From Octopus bimaculoides (lineage: Eukaryota), in NCBI RefSeq assembly GCF_001194135.2, contig NC_068992.1, positions 515,092 to 579,091 on the forward strand: DNA of 64,000 bases. Direction: 5' to 3'. Each line of letters starts with the position of its first letter. The stretch's first letter is position 1. Made by a program: the position numbers and the translations under genes. Positions 38,556 through 54,194 of this stretch are shown in pieces. The notes under the pieces were generated by a model. It saw only the letters and a program-made list of their open reading frames with translations. It did not search any database and was not told where the DNA came from.

Positions 38556-39299
38556 TATTCATACTATTGTTCAATAAATTTATATTGGACATTTTCACGC
38601 TATATCGCAGTTTGTGTTTTAAGATTCGCCACCAGCCATTTTTGTTTTATAGAGACACCATCTCTAGTAAGATGTCAAACAAGATGGAAGATCTCTTACT
38701 ACTCTTACGTTGAGACTATTCCTATTCTTATTTCTGAGTGTTGGGGATCATAGGCCCTTGCCATATATATAATGTCTATGATTCTCACTGGGAAACAGAT
38801 AGTGTCGTTTGGTACCCGTACCCTCATCCGACAATTATTCGGGAACTAGCTCACGACTCTTGGTTCATCCGCCTTTATCACAAGGACGAATCCGTTTGGC
38901 CACTGAGAAATTTTCCCCAAGGTGGTTAAGTATTCCTGTCTACTCCAATTTTTAAATCAGAGTGTTCCTTCTCCTAGACTGACTACTGACCAAACCTAAG
39001 GAGTTTTGTCTAGCCGTTTTTGGATGACTATTAACTCTTCCAAGTTCCTCTGCGCTATACTGGGTTGTGTTTTTCAACCCGTAGGATGTCCAAAAACAAT
39101 ATTTTTGGGTATTATGCTGTGTCGTTGCGCTCTTTCAGTGATTAAGAATCTCACTTAGGCGGACAATCATTATCCAACCTTGGCGCATGTGCAGTTATAT
39201 ATCATACTTTACAGATCCTTGCAACAATTAAAATTCTCCACCTTAGTATATTCGTATATTCTCCCTCCAACACTTATAGTTGTATCGGAAAGTAAAGGG

Positions 39300-39592
39300 T
39301 TAAAACCCCCTTCGGTTATGAATGGCCATGGGATTGCACAGAGAATATTACCCTCCGAGGCACAAATCCGAGCAAGGTTGTGTATGCCCATGAATATCAG
39401 TCACCCCACCTCACACCACCGATGTTTTCCAAGGGAAAGGCGAAGACCGATACAGCTTGGCACCAGTGACGTCGCAATTAATTTCTGCAGCTGAGTGAAC
39501 TAGAGTAACAGGAAACACAACACACAGCCCAGTCCGGGAATCGAACTCACTACCTCATGATTATGAGCCCGACGCTCTAACCACTGGGCCAG
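39300..39592 (-). mobile_element. tRNA-derived SINE family C (with head)
   Basis: Minus strand has A box TGGCCCAGTGG and B box GAGTTCGATTCC; the body matches 9226-9420. Confidence 0.85.
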
Positions 39593-40789
39593 TAGACAAT
39601 ATACTGTCTGGTCAAGCGAGTGACGAGGCAAATAATAACCGAAACATTCTCACCGAATACGTTCCGGTAAATATGTCATGTCACATCACTAACAGTTTGC
39701 TTTCTGGTCTGTGTCAAATGGATTATAAGTCAATGCAGGTCAGATAACAAAATTATTTAAAATGAACCTGAAGGCGACCAACAATTAGCTTGTAGAAGTC
39801 TTTGAAATCGTGGGCCAGTCGACTGTTTCGACATCGTGTTTTTCTTTGTCTATGCAAACCATACACTCCGATGTCACTGATGTCACATCGTCTACTTAAC
39901 AGCAAATTGATCTGCTTCAAATTACTGCCAATACATGTGCGTTTGTGTAGATATATGTATCTCTGCTACATGGCCATTCTATGATATGTTTTCTACATTC
40001 ATAAAATTTACATGTCTGCTTAAAATGATGACAAGACAGGTAATATTTGAGGAGAAGTCACGACTCTCCTATTTTTGCGACCATTTTCAAAAGTATTTTC
40101 CCGATTGTTGTTATCATGCGTTACTAACTACAATAATTCCTGGGGTGAAATATAATATCGAGATGAATTGACTGCGGTACAAAGGTACAGGTCTAGGAGC
40201 ATTATTAAATATACAAGATCATAATTTCTTTGGAGATACAACGTTGATATTCACTTTCAGAAATAATCAGATGAATGCAATTTTAAATGCATCAACATCT
40301 ATAGATACGGAGAATATTACGAAAGCGCGAGTATGTTTAAATGTGAACGGTGAGGGGGGAATTGTTACGATGATAAAGCATTGCAATGAATGCGAATATG
40401 TGTTGTAGAACAAGCTGCGTTGATCTCTCGGTACTCATTATAAACCATTCATAGAAATGATACCATAAAAGCAACGCTATTTGTGTTGTATTCAGTGCAC
40501 ACGAGCGACTGAAATGTCAAATGAATTCCATTATAACTATAAGTTAAAGCAGAATATTTTCGATCTCAGTATTTTAAAAGCATGTAGTAAACTCCAACGT
40601 ACTGATGTCAATGATAAATGATGACAGATGCTGTGTTTCAATTTCAGTGAATCGTCAATGGTTTGAAGTTAGGCTTCATTTTGTGGGAAATTTCATTGCA
40701 TGATCATAACTCATTAATTGAATATTTATATGTACCTGTGTACCTACTTTATATATTCGTACATACATTTACACATATGTATTTGTATG

Positions 40790-41588
<799 letters not shown>

Positions 41589-43713
41589 GGGAAAGACCGC
41601 ACCTATATTTTTGATACAAGAATTGAGCAGGGTGTTTTTTATCTGTTGTAGATGTAATGATTGTTTCGTAATAAATTAAAGAATAAATGAAGACACATTA
41701 ACCTAATTAAAACACATTTTTGTCTATTTTAAATCTAAAAGTATTTTCTGAGCACTTCATTTATTCTTTGATATATTTTCAGTTAACAACAATGCCAAAA
41801 TCTTCTCTGTATGTGTGTGTGTGTGTGTGTGTGTGTGAATCTGTCTCTCTGTCTCTCTCTCTCTCTCTCTAACTGTCTGTCTGTTTGTCTTTCTCACTCT
41901 CTGTCATCTAATTCACTTGCTACTTCTTTATCTGATTCTGTCCTCTTTGATATTTACTTAATGATAATTAGATAATTAGTTATACTAATTCTTAATAAGA
42001 TTGCAATAGTCACAGTTCCACGAGGGGCGATCTGCATAATTTCGATTACAGCATTCACTCTGCCAAAGACATCATCTCAGGCATTTATCGTTACACAAAA
42101 CCTGTAATTTTCCATTTGTGATACAAGAATCTCTGCTGGAATTAAACTATCCCATACCCTACTTATTTTAACTTTCACTTGGCACTTTGATAACAAACCT
42201 AATTTGTATCAATAACAAATTACAAGGACAATGTAATTACAAAGACAAGGTACATAGTTTCAAAATAATTTTCACTAATTAAAAATACAAACTTGTAATG
42301 TATTTGTTGACGTCATTTTGGTGACTTCTCTAATTGTTGTAGGTTGTCGAGGCCATTCAGTGGTTCCTACACATTTACATCACAAGTTTACGTTATGATT
42401 ACAGAATAACATGAAGAACAATGAGATAACTATCTACTTTTCATAGAAATTATTAAATAATTTATGTATTTCATACGTTAGGCAGTAAAATTCCTGAGTC
42501 ATTACAAAAGGCCAGAGGTCCATCCTTCCATGAAACAGACAGACTAATGCTGCAATAAAAATGGATCGCATGGCTAAAATCCCCATATTGTGTTCGTTAG
42601 GTAGAAAGTATCACAGCTTGCAGCATTTTGAGATAAGGCTGAGACATTGGGATTTCAATGGCTCATACCATTTTGATTGTGAATAGATATTGTAAATACA
42701 TATTAGCACGCTTCTACAAGCTGTAAAACGTGTGCTTTCTAGAGTATACTAACACAGCTTGAAATCCTATATCAGTGACACCTTCGCTATTGACGGGGAA
42801 TTCGCTGACATATCTGGCGCTGCAGCATAGACTATAACATGAGGATGTATATAAAACTCATATTGAGTAATAAAGCTTACTGTCATGCAAAGGTGTACTG
42901 AAAATAAAAATATAGAATAAATACTGAAAAAGACAGCAGCTTTACAGTTACTGAATGGCATTAATACATTTCCCTCGTGATCTTGGGACTTGGTTTATAA
43001 CAGAAATAAGGTCAGCAATATACGGACATTTATATATTATATATATTCAAGTTCGGGAATATCCAAGCTCTTGTTCATTTGTCAATGTAACAGACGATGG
43101 AATAGACACCCAATAGGTATCTACATTAAAACCTCGTCTTGGCCAAGTATCTTAGCCTCATTCCTGTAATCGGTATACAATTTTTACCAGTCTTAATACC
43201 TAATATCCAATTACATAACATCTGTCTTTCTAACAAAAATATCTATTACTCACAACTAATTGAGGTGAATTTTAGCATGAATACTATAAACAGGGAATCC
43301 AGAGATGAATCAACTAGCGTGATTTATCCGTTTTACGACGGTTTTGTATTTCGTTCTGCGGAATTTTATTAAGACTACGTGTCTCATTATATCTAGTTAT
43401 GAAAGCGATTATAATTCAGGTTTCTGAGCAGTTGTAATTCTGAGGAATATTAAAATATTTCATGAATTTATGGACGACGCAAAGAAAGAAAAAAAAAAAC
43501 AAAGCAAAGCAAATTTTTGCTTTATTTTTTCATTTTCCACAAAAAAGTTCCTCAGAGTACAGAAAAATGAAAAGAAGGAAATATTGACAAGTTGCATAGA
43601 AAGGAGAGACAATAACAAGAATACAATGAAGCAAATCTAAAAAGTAATTTTAATATACTTCATATATAGCATTGAATTAATTCTATTTTGATTAGAATTT
43701 TAAAGAAAGTGAA

Positions 43714-43775
<62 letters not shown>

Positions 43776-43778
43776 TAT
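43714..43778. repeat. (TAA)n microsatellite
   Basis: Directly visible. Confidence 0.97.
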
Positions 43779-45264
43779 AAGGACAATAAAATGATATAAA
43801 TAAATTTAAAAAAAGGAAAAGAAAAGCAAAAGTAGTCTCCTATTTCTTTTCAAAATCATTCCAGCGTTGGTTTTTACTGCTAAGCGCGTAAAGCCAATTC
43901 AAAGTTCTAATCTTGTTAAGATAAGAAATAATGGCGATGGCTCTTAGAATTCCTCACATAAAAATGCTGATAAATCATCATCTATTGAACAACAAAAAAG
44001 AAAAGTTGGTGTCTTAGGTTACCGAAAAAAATCATATGATGTTTTTTCTTATTGAATTCAAAATATTGATCAGAGAAGCACATTTTTATGACAGCATTCT
44101 TTTTCCTTTAATTGGCTTTCTCTACTTACTTTGATTTCTATTACTTACCACCAACCATTGACTCTATCCCCGATAAGTACCTCACCAACACAGACATCGA
44201 CTCACCCCCACACATGTATACGTGATGTATATAGGAGTGTGTAATACAGACACAAGCAGACAGCTATACTCCAAACATATTTATTAATCGCTATACATTT
44301 GTAAACAATGTAATGTGAAAATTAAATGCTAAGAAATACTTATNNNNNNNNNNGTGTGTGTGTGTGTGTGTATGTATGTGTGTGTGTGAGTGTGTTCTTA
44401 CAGTTATATGCATATATTTATATACGTATGTAAGCACGAAGGCAGAAACGCGTGGGACTAAACGTGTTGGTAGCGGCGGTTTCTTAATGCTGTAAGTAGC
44501 TCATGAAACGACAGGAAGTTAATATCATATGAAACCATTAAATAAAGAAATAAGTTCCAAATTGAAATCTAACAACAAAACTAAAACTTTTCTGCTGATT
44601 TTCTAGAAATCTGTTTCTCCTTCTGAATGTCAGTTGTCTCCCTTTATTTTAGACCTCTCTACGGAACTTAACTTGCTGATAATCGATTTTAACTGAAAGA
44701 TCAACGCTGTTCACCTTAATTCTCTAATTATTTTTTAAGCAAAGCACGTGAAAATTCCTGCAGTCATGAAAAGCTGCTAAATTTAATCCTTGAATAATCG
44801 ACAGTTAAATGATTTCCAAGTACGCAAATGAAAACGAAAGAAACAACTAGCACTTTAAGACGTGCAAATTTAATCTAGTAAAGGTAATTTAATTTCTAAC
44901 CTGCATCCTCTACCTGAGTTGCTAAAAAATGAGAAAGACCAGTTGTCATTCTCCTGGTGCTCTTCAATACACCAAAATGCAAATGCAACAAGCAAGAATA
45001 CTAGCAGTCCTTGTATTTGTTTTCTTTTTATGTCTAAACAAGTCTCAACGCAACCGTCATTTGCTTGCAAAGCTGCCAGGTATATTGTTGTATCTGCAAC
45101 CCGGAATAGTAAACAGTGTCAGCATTAAAGAAGCAATTTCCCACGTTTTGAGTTCAATCCTTCAACAGCGGATTTATTGTGATTTATCTGAAGGTCTTCC
45201 GCAGTTTTTATTTCAATTCTTATTTCGTCACTTTTCCAGTCCAAGTTTCTTGTTTATTCTTTTA

Positions 45265-45655
45265 TTCTTTTACTTGTTTCAATTATTTGACTGCGGTCAT
45301 GTTGGAGCACCGCCTCGAAGAATATATATTTATCTTTCTATATTTTACTATTCTTCTTTTACTTGTTTCAGTCATTAGACTGAGGCCATGCTAGGGCACC
45401 ACCTTGAAGAATTTTTAGTGGAATGTATCGACTCCAGTACTTATTTGTTTTTTAAAAACTGGTCCTTATTCCATCGGTCAGGTTTGCCAAACTGCTAAAT
45501 TACGGAGACGTAAACACACCAGCATCGGTTGTCAAGCTGTATGGAGGGACAAACATAGACACAAAGACACAGGCATAGGTATATATATNNNNNNNNNNNN
45601 NNNNNNNNNNNNNNNNNNNNNNNNNNNNNNNNNNNNNNNNNNNNNNNNNNNNNNN

Positions 45656-45686
<31 letters not shown>

Positions 45687-45870
45687 ATATATACATATAC
45701 ACATTTAAATGACAGGTTTGCTGCAGTTTCCGTCCACCAGATCCACTCATAAGGCTTCGGTCGACCCGACGCTGTAGCAGAAGACATTTGCCCAAAGTGC
45801 CACGCAGTGGGACAGAACCCCGAACCATGTGGTTGGAAAGCAAACTTCTTACCTCACAACCAAACCTGCG
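45265..45870 (-). mobile_element. SINE family B (45355-45870) plus an extra tail fragment (45265-45322)
   Basis: Reverse complement of 20671-21140; the tail ttcttttacttgtttc...gactg.gg.catg.t.g.gcacc.cct.gaagaat occurs twice. Confidence 0.85.
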
Positions 45871-48800
45871 TATATTATTAAAAAAAAATTTAACAAAATC
45901 CCTAATGACAGTCGGTGAATTGTTAGTGAGTCTCCATTCTAAAATTTCAATAAATAAAGAAAAATTATGGAAGAGTAAATCGTTCAGATTCTCAATCCCT
46001 CTAAATTATAGTTTTGTGTGATTGTAAGAACGTAAACGAAGTAATCCCACTTTTTAGATTCAAATTTCAAATTCCAAATTCTTCTTAGATCAACTTTTAT
46101 ATCTACTCCTGATCTTAAAATAAACACCATGAAATGAATTGGTTTTATCGAATATCAACAAAACTTAACAGTGACCCAATTTAAAGAAACTTCCGTTAAT
46201 TTCTAAGTAACGAAGTTCTTAAAGATGTTAGCGAATTGGATGGGATGCGTGATTTTTAATTCTGTACAGTTCGCCACTCACGTCTACAACTCCTTCTTAG
46301 GGTTACCGAAGTGTATGTATCAATGTGTGTGTATGAGCGGAGGTCATACAATTTTATTTAAAATGATAATAAAGGAAACTTCAAACAGATGAAAGTAAAA
46401 TCAAGGTATTTTCTTTTGAACATTTTCCCCCATTTGAACTTCTCAGAAATCGAAGATGTTCATTGGTGAGTATCATTAAGTAAGAGTGTAGCTACTGAGT
46501 TTTGTGGCATAGTTTCGATTCCAGATTGATGCACTTCGCTTTACTAAAATTACTAATATAATAAAATATTGCATGTTTGAGTCTAGCAAAACAAATTAAT
46601 GCCATTCTGAAACTAAACATAAATTAAAATTACAGAAAACTTTCAAGCAGAACTCAGCACTTCCCATTTAATTTTGTGTTTATTTTCAATTTTTCTGATA
46701 TGTTTTCGACTGAAATTTAAAACTTCTAATCTTATCAGCGCTTCATTTCGCATTTAAAACTTGCTACGCTTAACACACCTATCGCCTATACGGAACTAAA
46801 TAAATTAAGAACTATAAATATATGAATTTCTTTTGATCACTCGAAAATCAATGTTTAAATGAGAATAACCAAAGTCTAGCTAAACGACTTTTGTATAATG
46901 CCGCTACTGTTTTTATCGAGCTCTCTACGATAAAAGGTAAAGCCAATCCTGACACTGCAGTATTTGAGTTCAAACGATAGATTTATTGCTCTTATTTTAT
47001 ATTAATTTGTGAACAATAGTGAGATGTTACAAACATTTAAATTAATTGATGTTATTGGTGTTATCTCTAGTGATTATTGATTTTAAGAAATACTATCGGG
47101 AAGTTTTTCGCTACTAATTGCATAGAAAATCACAGTCAACCGAAGCTTTTAACTCACTACATTATACACAAAGGAAGCCTATCGTATTTACCTATTTCGT
47201 ATTCATTAATAGTGACACTGCATGCCCTGCAGTTTTTGTATATTGACGTTCCTTATTTTTATGAACTACGGTGAAATAGTCTCATAAGACGAACTATAAC
47301 GTTTCTTTTACTAAATGACTTAAACATTATTCTACTGTCAGTATGTTTTCCAAAATTTCAATTATTGGAGTTATCTCCACTGTTCATTTTACTTCTCTAC
47401 ATTTAAAGCACATATAAAGAAAGATTACATACATGAGAGATTAGCATATTTATATTTAGTATTCGAATAGCACCCTTAAGTATTTCTCATAACTGTATTC
47501 ATGGCATTTAGTCATGCTAATCGAGCAGAATATACTTTGTTAAGCAGGTCCAATAAAATCAAAAGATGTCCGCTGTTTTTTTAGATCTACTCTCATTCTT
47601 CTTTTTCTATGTTTTTCAAAATTTCATTTAACACATTTTATTGTAGTTATATCTTGAAAAAAGCTGCTGTCCCCTTTATTTCGATTGGTTCTGCTTATTT
47701 CGTTCCATTTGTTCATCTAATAAGGAAGTGACAAGATACGTATATCGTGGTCTTTTGAGAAAGACGTGTGCTGTATGTGCAGAGAAAGAACGAAAAGACC
47801 TATATAAATACAGAGGTAAATATAGAAATAAAACATAGAGTAATACAAGAACGCTAAGTATTCCACTGGGAAGCCATATTGATTTTCTCTCGGATTTTCC
47901 TCTCTTACTCTTTCAACCATCATTTATTGCCCTCTGCTAATTGTGTCAGCTGTTTCTCAGAATGTTTAATTGATATCTATGCTTAAATAGAATTCTATTA
48001 CTCTCAAACTTAGTTTTAATTTCACTTTATACAGCGGTTGAGTTAACGTCACTAATATACGCAGTCAGGTAATTTGGCGCCAGATAACGATTTTAATCAA
48101 TGATGCCCCACAGCCAAAACAACCGGGTCTATTCAAACTATAACCTTTGACGATAAAACTCTCATTTAATGTCTAATTACGACATTAGGCTGCCACAGAA
48201 TCTAAAACGGTTTGTCGGATAATCTACAAATAATTTCGCCGGAGAGGAAAAGCTTTCGAAATCTGACTTTCACAAATAAGCCTAATCTAAATGTTTACGG
48301 ATATCATTGTTGCTGATAATAGAAGATAAGTTTAATTTCCAGTGAGAAAATCTATTTGGGAAAGTAAAGTTGTTTGATTGCAAAGAAAACTGAACTCTTT
48401 TAATACGTATATGTGAATTTCAAGCCAATGGTGGAGAATAGGCGTTATTCTAAAATAAAAAAAAAGTACAGAAACTACAGTGGTTAATTTTATTATATTT
48501 TCATAATATTAATGGAAGAAATTTTATGGTGTTCGTTGTGGGGAGGGGGTGGATATTTTACGCCAGAAACTTTCACTTAAAATACTCCAATTGCTTATTC
48601 CTCGGTTGCATTCTCGGTAGATAATAATATTACATGTGAATGAAGGATAATAATTCACGACGGAAAAGAGACAACTGGTGGCAATATAAATCCCATAACC
48701 AATTGTGTTAGAGAAGCAGAACTGGAATAAATGTTCTTTATATTGTCTACTTGAAACATATATGTTTGGTGAAGCTCATCTTTCTCTAAGCTATGCTCAC

Positions 48801-50588
48801 AGGTAATTTTGATTACCGTACAGCCTGCCACCTAACAAAACACTCGTCAGTCTTCTTGTACTGATGCATTTGTCGAATTTTAGCTGGAATTATCACGTGA
48901 TCACAATTATCACGTGATCACCAAGAATATTTTGCACTGTATGCTTTCAGCTAGAGAAAATAGAAAGGAAACAACTGTTATTGATAAGATAATTGAATCT
49001 CATCAAGTCGTAAGCTCTCTGCCTCCATATCTTTTCAACATTACATATCTTGGGGAAGTCAGCAAAGTACTAAGTGTTTTTCAAGACACACTTAAAAATA
49101 CGTTTGACTTCATAAAATGCCACTGAACTGTACGTATAAGTCTAATTTAACAGCTTTTGTGTGAACACATTACAGCACAGATGGCAGGATACATACTCTG
49201 AAGCCCTTGTGAGTGGATGCAGTGGATCTCATTTATAGAGAAATCCTGACTCCTTGCTGTGATGTTTCCTATTTAGATGAAACGATGTCATTTCGCTGAA
49301 ATTATACCCCATAACAGAAATCTACCATGAAAGTTATTTTATAATGTAATGACATAGCTTCGGAAGAAATAGTAGATCGCATGTACCGGGTCAATCTACT
49401 CGGCTATATCCCCCTTGAATTGTGGTGTTGTTCATCTATTAGAAATCAATATTTACTAATGTGGTATCGAGCAGACCAGCAGATATATTTAAATTTATAT
49501 TAAAGAGATTGAACCAAGAGAGTGAGACGATATAAATAATTGTTTTTCACACGAAAAGAAAAAAAGTAATGCCAGAAGATAATTCTTCTCCTTAGATATG
49601 GGGAATTTCTTAAAATAGTTTTGAAAATTTTTCCAGTATTTTATACTTTTTTCAAATTCTTATCAAGCCATTCATGTAAAATGTAAAAATAAAATAAAAT
49701 AAAAAAAAGAACAAAAACGTTTGGAATACTTTTGTGTTTAGACATTTTTTAAAACAAATTCCAGATCGGAGGTCTTTGCAACGTGTTCTATTCTGTTTTA
49801 TATTTTAGTCAAATGCCGCATTTTCTACACAATAGCAGCCCAAACGAAACGTACTATGATTGTCTTGACAGAAAGTTAATAAACCATCCAAATGCATGTG
49901 CAAAATTAATGGTTGGGATCAACAATTTTATTTCTTCCACATGACATTTTCGGATGTGAATATCGTGTCCTACATTAAGCTCGACATTTTCTTTCTATTT
50001 GCATCAAATTGTATCGAATTGTACAGTAAGAAATTTTAAACAAAAAATAATCAGCAAGTGAATACCAAAATAAAATCCATTAATATTTAAAATTAGCCTT
50101 TAGAAACCATAAATTGACATTATCTTCGTGAAAAAGAATATGATAAATTTTAAATTGTTAGAATGTTTTCTTTAAAATAACGAAATGTCATTATCAAAAT
50201 AATTATTAAGCACTTTGCAAACAGCTTTTTCTCTCTTATTATCGGAAATGTTTCTGTTATTGCTCGTTCTGGTATAAAAGAATTCATCTGTAACCATTTT
50301 ATAAATTGACAGGAAGCATAAGATTTATAGAAAAAAAAAGAAATCGTGAATGCAATGCATTCATTTTTAAAAGCCATTAAATAAGGTTTGCAGCTTGTAT
50401 TTTAGTGCTTTATATAAATCTTATTTATACGGCTTAAAATGATTATTTCGGTTTCAGCGATACTGCGCGCTGTCTTCCTTCTCAACCGTGGGTTCAAATA
50501 TCTGCAGCACAACCTCTGTCTTTCATACCACAGTTGTCGAAAAACATTCTATCTGTAAAATATGGACAGATTTTGTCATAACTGACGT

Positions 50589-50593
<5 letters not shown>

Positions 50594-50678
<85 letters not shown>
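50594..50678. repeat. (TC)n microsatellite
   Basis: Directly visible. Confidence 0.97.
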
Positions 50679-50681
<3 letters not shown>

Positions 50682-51677
50682 TCTGTATGAAACATTTATC
50701 GAATAACTGCAGCATTGATTGTATATGCTATAAATTTGTATGTATATTAATCATCTCCCTCCCATGGAGGAAAACTCACTAAAAATGTCAATCCCTCTTA
50801 GTGATATTTTAGAACATGTTTTCTCTACAGTTTTCAATTGAGTGTATTTTTCCTTCTTGAATTCCCCCCGAAATATTGTCAATCTTAACGGTAACATTAA
50901 AAAAAAATGTCTTTTATATCTACCCCTTCCATAAACTAAGAAAATAAAACATTGGACCAAATAAGGGAGATATAAAATATTATATAGAATCTCAAGCAAC
51001 ATAGAATCTGTTGTTTCCATCTATATTTAAATCTATAATTGCACCTCCACACACACACACACACACAAGGAATGGTTATTCTTTTACTTGTTCCAACCAT
51101 ATGATACTTCTGGGACGCTTCTCTCGACAATTTTTGTATTCGATGTATTTCTGGTATCTATTTTAGTATGATACATATTTTACCATTCTTTATTTGTCAT
51201 AAAACAAGCTGCTATGTTATAGGTTCCACACAATGAATCCAAAAACGCATATGGCTAGGGGATACTTTAAAATCTACTCCAGAGTATAATACAAGTACCA
51301 GATATTTAATATTCCATATATGCATTACTCCTCACATACAAACACTTTGGAGTTTGGTCATGTATACGCGGCATTAAAAAGTCACAACAATGACGAAACA
51401 TCGATGTCTGTCGCTTCGAGGAGGGACCTGATGTGAATTGTCTCGCTTGTGGCTAAAACACAGCTGATCTATGAACTAGCAGCACACACACACACATATA
51501 TATATGTCTGTGTGTGTGTTACTGTGTACACATATAGTATATTCTGTTAAGAACGTAGTAGAGTACAGCATAAAGCTCGTCTACCTTCAGATTTACCGTG
51601 TGCTATCCAGTAGTAGTATTATACGTACTTCTAGATTTGCGTTTGGGCATCTGTCGTGTGTGAATAGATAATTTTAA

Positions 51678-51895
51678 ATTGGAGTCAACGAGAAGGAGTA
51701 CGATTGAACAGTTATTTTTTAATCACTACAATTGTTTCCATGCAACATAGTTGTCCAGTCGTGTCGGTACTTGATTATGCAACTGTTTCCCTGCATTATG
51801 AGATGTAGTTGTGTTTGGAGAACTACGTCTCGTGGAAACAATTATAATGATTAAAAAATAAATTTTCAACCGTACTCCTTTTGGTTGACTCCAGT
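51678..51895. mobile_element. Foldback MITE (~215 bp), probably mariner-derived
   Basis: 51681-51742 versus the reverse complement of 51831-51892 match at 54/62 without gaps, and similarity continues inward about 20 bp. Confidence 0.8.
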
Positions 51896-52054
51896 TTTGT
51901 CAATTATATATACACACATGTACCTATTTATGTATACACGGAACATACACACACATAATATATATATATTTAAATATAAACCGTATTTCAGACTATGTGA
52001 CTTGGACATGAACACACACACACACACTCACACATTTGACATACACGCACACAC

Positions 52055-52089
<35 letters not shown>

Positions 52090-54194
52090 CATACATCAAT
52101 ATTTAAATATAAACCTTGTTTTTTAGTATGTGACACGGACACACGCGCACGTGCGCATACACACAGATGCATATAGTTACAGACCCTCCAGTATATATAT
52201 GCCAAGATGTGTGTGTGTGTCTATATATATATGAACGTGTATATGTATTTGTTTGTTTGCTTGTTTGTTTGTGTGTGTGTATGTGTATTAAATCTTAACA
52301 AAGACCTCCGATGTAAAAAAATAATGCGCAGATACATCAAAAGTATGATGCTTCAATCTAAAGAGGTGATAGATAATATCATGCTTATTGCACGGCGTAA
52401 TGTTCATGCTAACGATGTACTTGTAGCTGTTAATGTTTCTTATCGTTTCGTGCATCTCCGCTGTAGCGTGGTCATAGACAATACAAAAATTTCAAAAACT
52501 CGCGTAATGCAGACATAATTTTAACGGTGCGAAACGGCTATACGGTTTCTATTTCTATTCTTATTTCACTTATGAGGTTACGTTATTTACAAAATGACAA
52601 GCGTTATATTTTCTCACTTTGTTTCTTAAGTACAGGTTCGTTTGATATATTCAAAAGAAATCGAGAGCTTTGCGAAAAAATTATTTATGTCTCATTAGTA
52701 ATGTGACTCATTTCTGTTACGTACGAAAGTGCTTAACAAAGAAGTCCTTCGAAAGACAATTCCAGCTCCAGGCAACATTTGTAATGACAATGTTATACAA
52801 TGTATATATTCTAAGAGCGAATGAATTCCAAACTAAGTAAGCATTATATTAATTTATTCTATAGGAATTTATGATGGTGTATATACTATGTAATATATTC
52901 TGTAATCTTCCGTTGTCTTTCTAGTCATACTAATATCTGGCAGTAACGTTTAGATTATGTTTTGTTGAAGTTGATTAATGTCAAAACGTGTCTTGAGTTG
53001 TAACTGTTGGCATAGATCAGAATCTAGACCATATACCATTTGTAATAAATTTTAATTGTAATTCCTCTCCTGTCACCCTAGCTTTTATTAACTAGAATTC
53101 GTTTTTAACATTGCGATTGCTTTCTCTTCAATACACGTTTAATTTTCATTATCATTAATTCACTGACTTGCGACGTTGTGTCGGCACCGTCACGTTGTCA
53201 GGAATATACGAATCCTTCATATGGAGTCGTTGTTTTGCTGGTATTGTTTGCAGTAGTTTCAGGTCATCGCAGCTTTTAATACGCACCGAATATGTACGCA
53301 AGCAAAACGTTCACTGATAATGCATTAGATCCACTCATTAACGCATCTATTGCCATCTTGTAGAGCCAATGTCACTATTAGCACATACATCCACACACTA
53401 ACAGATACGTCCGCAAACATATACACATATCATGCACACGCGCGCACACACGCACGCATGGCACTTTATAACCATCACAAGGTGGCTAGACTACCAATAT
53501 CTTATCGTTTCGTGTAATTTACATCCTCCGAGAAAGAAACATATTTCTCCAGCAACTGAGAGAATGCTTAGAAATCGCATTTGATGCAAGTAAAAGAAAA
53601 CGATTCACTTGGGAACAGACATCTTGTATAGCGATGTTAACTTACGGCAACAATATATTACTTTCATATAACGTAACATGTATGGGATATAATAAACAGG
53701 CACATACTAAGCCGCACATACAAATATACCCATATACATAAGCTCACACACATGTAATAAACTTAAGAGTTTCCTGTTTATTACATCATATCATGTATGC
53801 ATGTATATATATATGTGTGTGTGTGTGTGCGTGTGTGTGTGTGTGTGCGTGTGTGTGTGCATATTTTCGTGAATGAAAGATTGAGCAAAAGTATAAGTGA
53901 ATGAGTGAATAATGAAGGTAGCGAAAAAGAGTACAATGGAAACTGAATAATGAATTTCATTGCAGATATCGACTTGTAATGCAGTAAAGTCGTCTTGTAA
54001 GAACCAACACAATAAAGCATATGTCTATACAATAAGTATGTGCTAAGAGTCATCCGACTTTTGACACTGACATCAAATAACATTTTACGTTCTAAACAAA
54101 TGATGAGACTATAAAATATATTGATTTGGGATACAGGCACAAAGTCACAAATGCGTAGAGAAGGATATAATTTATTGAATCGATCGCAATACAA

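Noticed and set aside
50440-50555. Ig-like motif on the minus strand (VLQIFEPTVEKEDSAQYR*)
   Set aside because: It is bounded by two in-frame TGA codons and the Cys/Trp spacing does not fit an Ig domain; probably chance.
53155-53310. Protein-like minus-strand reading ending ...YIPDNVTVPTQRRKSVN*
   Set aside because: About 50 codons, with an in-frame stop right after the nearest acceptor-like site and no recognisable homology.
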